Assembly (NCBI GenBank): GCA_037447435.1
Contig: JBBIGR010000068.1
Coordinates: forward strand, 1 to 15,519
Reading direction: 5' to 3'
DNA length: 15,519 bases
Source: Fibrobacteria bacterium
Lineage (GTDB): Bacteria > Fibrobacterota > Chitinivibrionia > Chitinivibrionales > FEN-1185
Positions within the stretch are counted from its first letter, which is position 1. Every line of letters begins with the position of its first letter. A program made the translations under genes and the position numbers. The notes below the pieces were generated by a model, which saw nothing but the letters and a program-made list of their open reading frames with translations, made no database searches and was not told the origin of the DNA. Shown here piece after piece: positions 7,693 to 15,519 of this stretch.

Positions 7693-8466
7693 ATGAACAA
7701 ACATATTAAAAAAATCGCTTTATCGAGGCTGACTACGCTTGAGCTCATTGCCTTTGCGGGTAGGATTTGCAAAATTGTTTCTGCTCATTCGCAAGGAATC
7801 GAATATCTGAACGACCGGTTGGAACAAATAAAAAATTCCATTGCCCGCCTGGAATCGGCCGGGCAATATCCCCGGAAATTGCCTTTTACCAAAGAGCTTA
7901 CGCAAAAAAACACTGCGCGATGTATTGCACTGAGAAATCTTCTTGCCTTTCTTACGGCAATGGCGCGTATGGATCAAAGACCGGTTGCCCAAAATTGCGC
8001 TCTGTTTCTATTAAAAAATATCAAACCGCGGGAAAAAAGAATAGACAGAATCGGCCAGGCGAAAAGGTCGGGCGCAATAATCACAATCATGAATTTTCTC
8101 GCAACACCCCAAGCGCAGGAACATATTTCTCATTTACAAATACAAGACCTTGTTGCCGAACTTGCAAACACGCAGCAGCAATTCGAAGAAACCTATCAAC
8201 AAAAAATCATTGCCCTGTCGATTCCCCGAAACATTGTCCGAAAAGAACGCCCGGAAACGGCATATGCTATTGACCATATGCTCATTTATATTGACGGCTC
8301 GGTGCAAGAGTGCCCGGATTTTGCCGTTATGGCATTCGAAATCAATGAATTAATCACCCAAGCCATGGCAAAAGTACGGTCCCGCATAACACGCCGCAAA
8401 CATAAATCAATCGAATTACCCGGCATTCATTCCATCGCAAACGTCACCTCCCGATCTATAGTATAA
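7693..8466 (+). CDS. DUF6261-like all-helical hypothetical protein
   Basis: Likely start MNKHIKKIALSRL (7693). Pattern I.LSRL...E..., T.EL...N..R and terminal EINELI....K.R resembles DUF6261 proteins as recalled; not searched. Confidence 0.55.
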   Translation: MNKHIKKIALSRLTTLELIAFAGRICKIVSAHSQGIEYLNDRLEQIKNSIARLESAGQYPRKLPFTKELTQKNTARCIALRNLLAFLTAMARMDQRPVAQNCALFLLKNIKPREKRIDRIGQAKRSGAIITIMNFLATPQAQEHISHLQIQDLVAELANTQQQFEETYQQKIIALSIPRNIVRKERPETAYAIDHMLIYIDGSVQECPDFAVMAFEINELITQAMAKVRSRITRRKHKSIELPGIHSIANVTSRSIV

Positions 8467-8562
8467 TGAGTTTGAATTATACATAAATATATTCCTCATT
8501 CAATCGATTTAAATTGAAACCGGTGATATATTTATAGATACATCTTACATTATTATTATTCG

Positions 8563-8631
8563 GTACCCTTCGACAAGCTCAGGGTACTTTCGCGGGAAGC
8601 GTTTGTTGAGCCTGTCGAAACGAAACGCGAA
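8563..8631. repeat. REP-like palindromic element (CCCTTCGACAAGCTCAGGG / TGAGCCTGTCGAA type)
   Basis: GTACCCT(8563-69)/AGGGTAC(8581-87) hairpin; TTCGACAAGCTCA(8569-81) is the inverted copy of TGAGCCTGTCGAA(8607-19), 12/13. Confidence 0.7.
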
Positions 8632-8654
8632 TCTTTTACAGAGGACTGCTCACC

Positions 8655-10292
8655 ATGCGCCGAAAATCAAATTCTCCGGGTTTTATTGTTCCCCTAATTG
8701 CAATAGCGTTTATGGCCTTTTCCGCACATGCCTATATGTGCACGGTTCCCAATGGCCGCTTCGTCAACAAAGTTTTTAATAACGTCACCACGACCAATGC
8801 GGTAAAATACGGTTCCAACACAAATCCGCTGAACAACAATGCGGCCATAGACCTTTATTTCGACGTATATCAACCGCAGGGCGATACGTGCAGTTCCCGA
8901 CCGTGCATCGTTTGCATGTACGGAGGCGGATTTACCGGCGGCGACCGTGGCGGCGAAGCCGGGGACGCCACTACCTTTGCGCAATACGGCTATGTGGCGG
9001 TATGCCCGGATTATCGGAAATGGGGAACCGAAAACGACGCCGCACATAAAATATGGCCGGCGGGATTCGTGGTAACGGCCCAGGACGCGCGGGCCTGCAT
9101 CAGATATTTGCGTGCGCATGCGTCAACATACAAAATAGACACGTCCCGCATCGCAATCGCCGGATGCTCGTCGGGCGCGTTCATTTCCCTCAACGTCGCC
9201 TATATGGATCGTCCGTCGAAAATCCCTTCGGTGGTCGACACGAACATTTTCGGCGGCATTGAAGGAAAAAGCGGCACGCCGGGAGTCAATTCGAAAGTGT
9301 GCGCGGCAGCCGGTAACGGCGGCGCCTTTCTCGATACGAATTGGATAGAACCGACGGGAGTTCCCTATTGCGGATATCAATCGACCCCCGACGCATGGGG
9401 CGTGCCTACCGATACCGGCACGCCGTCGGCACATTGGGGACCGTATTTCCTGTATTACGGCATCACCCCCATTTCGGTCCGCCTCACCCATTGCGGTTTA
9501 TTAAGCGGAACGCTCGTCGCCGCGCCCAATCAGCATTGTCCGGGCGGTTTTGCCGATTTATCGCATATGTTTTTCTACAACGCAATGTCCGAAGTCGGCA
9601 GGAACGGCGGGAACAACACAAATCTTGCGCTTAACAAAACAGCAAAGCAATCGAGCACCAATGCGAATTGCACTGCGGCAAAAGCGATTGACGGAAACAC
9701 AACAGGCACGTCGGCGGCAGGCAGTTATTGTCAAACCAACGGCGATGCGCAGGCCTGGTGGCAGGTTGATTTGGGAGGAGAATACGTCATCGACAGCATC
9801 TGGGCGTATAACCGTACCGACAGTTTAGTAAACCATCAGACCAATTACGACGTCTTATTCGGGACCGACGGCACGAATTGGGAAACCGCAGCCTATGAAC
9901 GCGGTACCATGGCATTGCCGAGCAAATACAAATTCAAAGGCGGCATCATCGGCCGATATGCCCGCATACAACTTCGCGGCACGAACAGTTTGAGCATGGC
10001 CGAGGTTACGGTTTGGGCGCGCGACACAAACCATATCGTGTCATCGGTCAATTCCAAGGGAAGCGTCGCGCGCGGCAATGCGACAATTGCACCCGGCGCG
10101 AATTCCTATTTGATTCATTCCGACGGGAGTTTATTTGTGCCCTTGTCCGTTCTTGTCGATGCGCACCAAGTAGCCGTGTACGATCTGTTTGGAAAATGCG
10201 TGCAAAAAAGCCCGGTAAAAAACGGCAGGATCGTTTTGGGAGAAGCGCAACACGGCAAGCCGGGCGTCTACATAGTCCGCATATCGCCGTAA
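8655..10292 (+). CDS. Secreted alpha/beta-hydrolase (carboxylesterase-like) with F5/8-C/F-type lectin domain and T9SS-like C-terminal tail
   Basis: Signal peptide ..SAHA; DVYQP, YGGGF, DYR, YKIDTSRIAIAGCSSG (GxSxG); NLALNKTAKQSS..AIDGNT..WWQVDLG..NRTD..GRYARIQL..LSMAEV; VYDLFGK..PGVYIVRI. RBS GAGGA. Confidence 0.85.
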   Translation: MRRKSNSPGFIVPLIAIAFMAFSAHAYMCTVPNGRFVNKVFNNVTTTNAVKYGSNTNPLNNNAAIDLYFDVYQPQGDTCSSRPCIVCMYGGGFTGGDRGGEAGDATTFAQYGYVAVCPDYRKWGTENDAAHKIWPAGFVVTAQDARACIRYLRAHASTYKIDTSRIAIAGCSSGAFISLNVAYMDRPSKIPSVVDTNIFGGIEGKSGTPGVNSKVCAAAGNGGAFLDTNWIEPTGVPYCGYQSTPDAWGVPTDTGTPSAHWGPYFLYYGITPISVRLTHCGLLSGTLVAAPNQHCPGGFADLSHMFFYNAMSEVGRNGGNNTNLALNKTAKQSSTNANCTAAKAIDGNTTGTSAAGSYCQTNGDAQAWWQVDLGGEYVIDSIWAYNRTDSLVNHQTNYDVLFGTDGTNWETAAYERGTMALPSKYKFKGGIIGRYARIQLRGTNSLSMAEVTVWARDTNHIVSSVNSKGSVARGNATIAPGANSYLIHSDGSLFVPLSVLVDAHQVAVYDLFGKCVQKSPVKNGRIVLGEAQHGKPGVYIVRISP

Positions 10293-10315
10293 AGAAGCAA
10301 AAAAAGCCGCGCGCA

Positions 10316-12109
10316 CTATTGCGGGCGTTCGGAAAGTTCTTCCCAACGCCTGTAGGCGTCGGCGAGGTCTTTGTCTATTTTGGAAAGTTCGTCTTTTGCG
10401 GTCGCGATAAATCCGGGTTTGCCGAACATTGCCGGGTCTGCCATTTGTAAACCGAGCGCTTCGTGCTCTTTTTCGAGTTTTTCTATGCGCTCGGGCAATT
10501 CCTCGAGTTCCCTTTTTTCCTTGAACGATAGTTTTTTATTTTCCTGCGTTGCGGAAGCCGCAACCGTTGCTTTGGCAGCGGGAGCGGAAACGGCTTTTTG
10601 TGCGGGCCGGTTTTGTTCCATCATGCGCTGCCAATCATCGTAACCGCCGACGTACTCCTTGACGATTCCGCTTCCTTCGAAAACCAGGGTCGCGGTCACG
10701 ACATTGTTGATGAATTCCCGGTCGTGGCTCACTAAAAGCACGGTTCCGGAATAAGCCAAAAGAATCTCTTCGAGCAATTCCAGGGTCTCGGTATCCAAAT
10801 CGTTGGTGGGTTCGTCGAACACGAGCATATTCGACGCCTGCGTAAACAACCGCGCAAGCATGAGACGGTTGCGTTCCCCGCCCGACAATTGCTTTACCGG
10901 GCATTTGGCCCGGTCCGACGTGAAAAGGAAATCCTGCAAATACGAAATCACGTGCTTGGGAGCGCCATTGACAAAAACGGTATCTCCGCCGTTGGGCGCG
11001 ACGTTTTCCCATACGGATTTTTGCGGATCGAGCACCGTGCGCAACTGGTCGAAATAGACGGGCGCAAGTTTGGTCCCGAACGTAATGGCTCCGGATTGCG
11101 GCTGAATTTTTTCGAGGAGCAAATTGAGCAACGTTGTTTTTCCGCAACCGTTGGGACCGATGATGCCGATGCGGTCGCCCCGCATGATCGTTGTGGTCAG
11201 GCCCGATATGATCGGCTTTGCTTCATAAGAAAAGCAGACGTTTTCCGCCTCGAGCACGCGGTCGCCCGACCGCTCGGCGGTGCTGATTGCCATGGAGACC
11301 GTTCCGGTGCGCATGCGCCGTTTTTTCCGTTCGTCGCGCATTTTTTTTAATGCCCGTACCCGTCCTTCGTTGCGGGTGCGGCGCGCCTTGATTCCTTTGC
11401 GTATCCAGACCTCTTCCTGGGCGAGTTTTTTGTCGAAACGTTCCCATTCTTTTTCTTCCGAGTCAAGCACCGCCTGTTTCCGCACGAGAAACGTTTCGTA
11501 ATCGCAAGACCAGTCGACCAGGTGCCCGCGGTCGAGCTCGACGATTCGCGTTGCGAGGCGGCGAAGCAATCTGCGGTCGTGCGTGACGAACAATACCGTG
11601 AGTTTTGCACCCATGATGAACGATTCGAGCCAGGCAATGGATTCGATGTCGAGATGGTTTGTCGGTTCGTCGAGCAGCAATAAATTGGGTTCCCGTACCA
11701 ATGCGCGTGCAAGCAAAACCCTTCTTCGCATTCCGCCCGAAAGCGTATCGAAATCGACGTCTCCGTTTAACCCGGTTTGACTGAGCACCCGTTCGACCGC
11801 GACCTGGACGCGCCATTCGTCATGATGGTTTGGCCCTGCGCCCAAAGCGACGACATCGGAAACCTTGCCGGAAATTCCGGTTGGAACATCCTGGGGCAAA
11901 TAGGCGACGCGGACACCGGGAGCGACAATGATTTCGCCGGAATCGGGCGTTATTTCGCCTGCGATGATTTTCATGAACGTGGATTTGCCGGCGCCGTTAC
12001 GGCCTAAAAAGCAAATACGCTGGCCGTCCTGGATATCCAGCGACACGTTTTCCAAGAGCAGTGGACCGCCGAAGGCGATATTGATAGCATGAAGGCTTAA
12101 AAGAGACAT
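10316..12109 (-). CDS. uup: ABC-F family ATPase Uup
   Basis: Two ABC cassettes (GRNGAGKST/LSGG/LLLDEPTNHLD; GPNGCGKTT/LSGGE/DEPTNDLD), linker EEVWIRKGIKARRTRNEGRVRAL, C-terminal KLSFKEKRELEELP..RWEEL. Start at MSLLSL (12109). Confidence 0.93.
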   Translation of the reverse strand: MSLLSLHAINIAFGGPLLLENVSLDIQDGQRICFLGRNGAGKSTFMKIIAGEITPDSGEIIVAPGVRVAYLPQDVPTGISGKVSDVVALGAGPNHHDEWRVQVAVERVLSQTGLNGDVDFDTLSGGMRRRVLLARALVREPNLLLLDEPTNHLDIESIAWLESFIMGAKLTVLFVTHDRRLLRRLATRIVELDRGHLVDWSCDYETFLVRKQAVLDSEEKEWERFDKKLAQEEVWIRKGIKARRTRNEGRVRALKKMRDERKKRRMRTGTVSMAISTAERSGDRVLEAENVCFSYEAKPIISGLTTTIMRGDRIGIIGPNGCGKTTLLNLLLEKIQPQSGAITFGTKLAPVYFDQLRTVLDPQKSVWENVAPNGGDTVFVNGAPKHVISYLQDFLFTSDRAKCPVKQLSGGERNRLMLARLFTQASNMLVFDEPTNDLDTETLELLEEILLAYSGTVLLVSHDREFINNVVTATLVFEGSGIVKEYVGGYDDWQRMMEQNRPAQKAVSAPAAKATVAASATQENKKLSFKEKRELEELPERIEKLEKEHEALGLQMADPAMFGKPGFIATAKDELSKIDKDLADAYRRWEELSERPQ

Positions 12110-12157
12110 GGCCGTGAAAATACAACGTGCATGTCCGGGCAAAGGGCCTTGTTTTTG

Positions 12158-13039
12158 TCAAGATAGATGAAACGGGACCGCTTTTCCGTCGTGCTTGCGC
12201 ATATTTGCGGTCAGGCACGCCTGCCACACGTCCTTGACAAGCTTATAATGGTCGGTTTCATCGCGCCACGGCAGGGTGTTTATGCCGTATTCCTTGAAAT
12301 GCGACCAGCCCGCAGGATGCGACAGAAACACCTCGCGAGGGGACAATTGTAAAAATGGGTTCCCCACCTGCTGCGTGAGAACGGGCAAAAATTCTTCGTG
12401 CACGAATGTCGCGTCGTGGGTGAATTGCGTCACGAAATCGATTTGCGCAAGCCTATACCCGTACGGTTTGCAAAGATCGGTGACGTATCCCAGCGACATT
12501 CCGTAAAATCCGCCGATATTGCCCGATGAATCCTGAGCCCGGTACTTCTCGTCGAACAATACGCAAAACGAAACGGGCGGCGGGATTTCCGGGTTGATTT
12601 CGACCTGCAGGACTTTGGGACGATAGCCGCTTTCCAGAATTTTCTCAACGATCACGCCGTCGTATCCGTCAACATCGACCTTGAAGAAATCGCAGTCTTT
12701 CGGGCATCCGTAGATATCGAGAATCTCACAAATGTTATGCGGCGTAACAAAGGTGCCGGTATGTTTATTGATGTTTGGGGCCGGAAGATTTGTAAAAAGC
12801 GCCTCGTTTGCCTCCCCTTCCACGGCCAACCCCGCGTATCCTTTTGCAAAAAGCGGGTATGCGGGATCGCTCATGGATTTTCCGTCGCCGCAACCGAGGT
12901 TCACTACATAGCGGTTGCTTTTTTCCGGAAATGCGTTGTTGATTTCTTCAACAATGCGGTAAGGCTCGAATATCGAAATATCGTATACCTTGTCGTCTGC
13001 AAAGCTTTTTGCCTTGAATCGGTTGAGTATGGATGCCAC
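12158..13039 (-). CDS. FkbM-like SAM-dependent methyltransferase-fold protein
   Basis: YVVNLGCGDG, GLAVEG, DFFKVDVDGYD, RPKVLQVEINP and YGMSL motifs; GTG start. Confidence 0.65.
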   Translation of the reverse strand: MASILNRFKAKSFADDKVYDISIFEPYRIVEEINNAFPEKSNRYVVNLGCGDGKSMSDPAYPLFAKGYAGLAVEGEANEALFTNLPAPNINKHTGTFVTPHNICEILDIYGCPKDCDFFKVDVDGYDGVIVEKILESGYRPKVLQVEINPEIPPPVSFCVLFDEKYRAQDSSGNIGGFYGMSLGYVTDLCKPYGYRLAQIDFVTQFTHDATFVHEEFLPVLTQQVGNPFLQLSPREVFLSHPAGWSHFKEYGINTLPWRDETDHYKLVKDVWQACLTANMRKHDGKAVPFHLS

Positions 13040-13060
13040 GATTATGCCTTAAAGAAAAGG

Positions 13061-13552
13061 TTAAAGGAGTTCCGAAAATTCTTCGCCCTGCATTCGAATT
13101 AATTGTGCAATATCCGCATCGTCCGTTGCCATGCGAAAATCATCGAATTCGAAACCGGGTGCAACTTGACAAGAAAATAACGCATAGTCGCCTTTGGGGG
13201 CTGCTGCCTGCCATATCCCGGCGGGCACGACATGCAACGGCACCGTTTTCGCGGTCGAATACTTTCCAAGCGAAACAATGGAGCTTATATTGCTTTTTGC
13301 ATCGAAGCTGTAAAGATCGAGGGCATCGCCTTCCAAATGCGTCCAGATCTCGTCGGACAAAACCATGTGCCAGCGGCTTTTTTGGCCTTTTAGCAGCAAA
13401 AAGTAAATTGCCGTAATCGCACATCGCAACGGTCGGGCATGATCGTCGGGAGTTACCATAGTGGGCGAACGATATATTTCCTTGTAATAACCGCCTTCGG
13501 GATGCGGCGAAAGCATGAGGGAGTTGATCAGAAAATCGGCGCGTTTTGTCAT
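13061..13552 (-). CDS. Cupin_5 (DUF985) family protein
   Basis: L.PHPEGGYYKEIYRS, TAIYFLL, SRWH...DEIW, VVPAGIWQAA, SCQVAPGFEFDDF. Confidence 0.92.
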   Translation of the reverse strand: MTKRADFLINSLMLSPHPEGGYYKEIYRSPTMVTPDDHARPLRCAITAIYFLLLKGQKSRWHMVLSDEIWTHLEGDALDLYSFDAKSNISSIVSLGKYSTAKTVPLHVVPAGIWQAAAPKGDYALFSCQVAPGFEFDDFRMATDDADIAQLIRMQGEEFSELL

Positions 13553-13755
13553 GAGATGAATGCCTTTTGCGGAAAAATGCGTATTTAAAGTAAATTAATT
13601 CGAGATCGAAAGCATCGGAATTACATTTTCATGAACAGACTTCTAAAAAAATTGAAACAAAACGCATAAAGTCGCGGTCTAATGCAATAAAGAGGCATAT
13701 AAAGGGTATTCTGTAAAACCGGCTTTCTAAAATTGATAAATTGCAGGGAGGTTGT

Positions 13756-14610
13756 ATGGGACTGAGAAATTTTTTCCTGATGGTGATGGTATTCGGCATT
13801 GTCGAATGCATGGCCTCAAAACAATATGACGACCTGGTGAAAATTGTGAAATCGGGCGCAGAGGAACCAGTGGTAATCGCGTTCATCGAGGCATCGGATT
13901 CGACGTATAATCTGACGTCGGACCAGGTTTTGCAATTGCATGAAATCGGCGCATCGTCTAAAGTAATAATTGCGGCAATGAAGCATAAGGTGGTTGCGCC
14001 GGCAATGGCAAAACCGCAACCGGTGCAAAACGAGACCACGTTTGTGGCGGAACCGCCGCATTATGCGGTGTACCGCGTCGCGCCGCCCTATTACCGGCCG
14101 TGGTGGAGAACAAGAGCGTATCTGGAGGCGCCGAATATCGCCAAAATGAACCAGGCGATAGCCGTTGACGTTGCGGCAATGATGTTCGGCGAAATATCCA
14201 TGAATTACGAGTTGCTGCTGGGGCATCAACACGGAATCGTGGTTGAGGGCAGTTATTTCGGCGGTCTCAATACGCACGGCGAAAATGCGGAATTGGCATA
14301 TCGATGGCATTGGTCAAAGAGCATGAATTCCGGCTTCGTTGGCGCTTTTGTCAACGGCGGCAGGAATTACGGCTACGACCGCGACTTTCACGACGATAAC
14401 GGCGTTGCGTTTTCCAATACCAGCGTCACGGTAGGGCTGGCCATCGGCAAACGGTGGGTATCGGCATACGGGCTTAACATTGTCGCGCGGATAGGATACG
14501 GATATACGTGGATCAAATTCGACGATCCCGCACCCGACCAGCATACCATAAACAAAATTCGCGCTGAAACCGGGCTCGATTCCGAGCTGTCTATCGGTTG
14601 GGCATTTTGA
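13756..14610 (+). CDS. Outer-membrane beta-barrel protein (DUF3575-like) with N-terminal helical domain
   Basis: ATG 13756 with GGAGG RBS; signal peptide; amphipathic strands (ISMNYE, GFVGAF, IGKRW, IGYGY); terminal beta-signal SIGWAF. Confidence 0.7.
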   Translation: MGLRNFFLMVMVFGIVECMASKQYDDLVKIVKSGAEEPVVIAFIEASDSTYNLTSDQVLQLHEIGASSKVIIAAMKHKVVAPAMAKPQPVQNETTFVAEPPHYAVYRVAPPYYRPWWRTRAYLEAPNIAKMNQAIAVDVAAMMFGEISMNYELLLGHQHGIVVEGSYFGGLNTHGENAELAYRWHWSKSMNSGFVGAFVNGGRNYGYDRDFHDDNGVAFSNTSVTVGLAIGKRWVSAYGLNIVARIGYGYTWIKFDDPAPDQHTINKIRAETGLDSELSIGWAF

Positions 14611-14614
14611 CAAA

Positions 14615-14646
14615 AGGGTGCGAAACGTCGCACCCTGTTTTATTTT
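14615..14646 (+). terminator. Intrinsic terminator
   Basis: AGGGTGCGA-AACG-TCGCACCCT perfect 9-bp stem followed by GTTTTATTTT, 4 nt after the stop codon. Confidence 0.8.
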
Positions 14647-14853
14647 CCGTGGCCGTTTAATACGTCAAGAACTTTGAAGGATCCCTGCAAACATATTCCA
14701 TTTGAACAGCGTTTCATTGCCTGATATTTCAAATGATTTTATTATTTTGGCCAATTGTGACGACAATCACACTTTTAATATATTCGGCTATTTATTTTAT
14801 ATATCGGGACCGCGTTCTCCAATGTTTTAAATTATTTAGGCAAAGGTTTATTT

Positions 14854-15519
14854 ATGTTTAAAAATAGGAATTTGATCTTTCCATTTATAGGCTTAGTTTT
14901 ATTTTCATGTACAAATATTGAAAGTCCTTTTACTGATCCTGCAAATTCCAAGGCATCGCTGATTATCATTAACTCAAAGCAAGAGATAAGCACCGGCACC
15001 GAAATAATCGATACCGTAGGAAAATATCTTAGAATAGGATTATGTGCCTTTTTGTCGAATTTTGTTGATTCTATAAGAGTTACCGTTTCTGCTGGAAATA
15101 CGGATACAAGTTTTAGAGTCGAAAAATTCAGTTCTGATCTGGATACGCATTGGTGCCCCGTCATGTTTAAAACTACCGGTAAACATAATGTAATGGCAAG
15201 AGCATATTTTCAAGATGGAAATTTCCGCGATTATTCAGGCATAATTACTATTGTCGGCAAAACACTTATACCTGCGATTCACCCTGCAATCGACACCGAA
15301 AAAGAAGGCGATGCCGCAACATTTATTGTTACCATTTTAGGTGATACTAATCCGACAATCCAATGGTTTCATGCTCAGCAGGCATTGCAGGGTAAAACAG
15401 GACCAGGCCTTATTTTAACAGACATTACAATTGCCGATTCGGGATTATACTCCTGTCGCATTATCGACAAATTTGGCGATTCTGCGTTTACAACCCCTGC
15501 ACATCTTGCCGTTATCCCA
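14854..15519 (+). CDS. Lipoprotein with immunoglobulin (I-set-like) domain, 3'-partial
   Basis: Not in the ORF track because it runs off the window. 222 open codons: MFKNRNLIFPFIGLVLFSC.., then EGDAATFIV..G...PTIQWFH..LILTDITIADSGLYSC. Confidence 0.85.
   Translation, partial: MFKNRNLIFPFIGLVLFSCTNIESPFTDPANSKASLIIINSKQEISTGTEIIDTVGKYLRIGLCAFLSNFVDSIRVTVSAGNTDTSFRVEKFSSDLDTHWCPVMFKTTGKHNVMARAYFQDGNFRDYSGIITIVGKTLIPAIHPAIDTEKEGDAATFIVTILGDTNPTIQWFHAQQALQGKTGPGLILTDITIADSGLYSCRIIDKFGDSAFTTPAHLAVIP

Noticed and set aside
10299..10328. Terminator between the esterase and uup
   Set aside because: The stem has a central mismatch and overlaps the uup stop. A minus-strand terminator is possible but too weak to call.
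8694..14633. Numerous overlapping and antisense ORFs in the track
   Set aside because: Shadows of well-supported genes in GC-rich sequence, with no recognisable motifs.

Overview
Bacterial window. Secreted proteins with T9SS-like C-terminal domains, lipoproteins and outer-membrane barrels suggest a Fibrobacterota/Bacteroidota-like (FCB) host; this is inference. The left ~5 kb is AT-rich and accessory-looking. It holds (i) two near-identical 67-bp structured non-coding units 153 bp apart, each opening with TATAAT and separated by a strong intrinsic terminator; (ii) two tandem paralogous secreted beta-propeller-like genes, the second split by a single-base frameshift in an A8 run; (iii) a 5'-truncated malectin/Ig gene; (iv) a ~240-bp internally deleted IS3 remnant; (v) a short ThyX-like gene, a 35-aa signal-peptide-like ORF and a lipoprotein. 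The rest is more GC-rich: flavin reductase, OM barrel, YXWGXW lipoprotein, DUF6261-like gene with an upstream palindrome array, REP-like element, secreted esterase-F-type lectin, ABC-F uup, FkbM-like methyltransferase, cupin, a second OM barrel, and a partial Ig-domain lipoprotein that the ORF track omits. Best candidates for something undescribed: the tandem promoter/structured-RNA/terminator units (1-250) and the slippage-prone switch controlling attachment of the secretion domain (2099-2106). All family calls come from motif recognition by eye; no searches were run.
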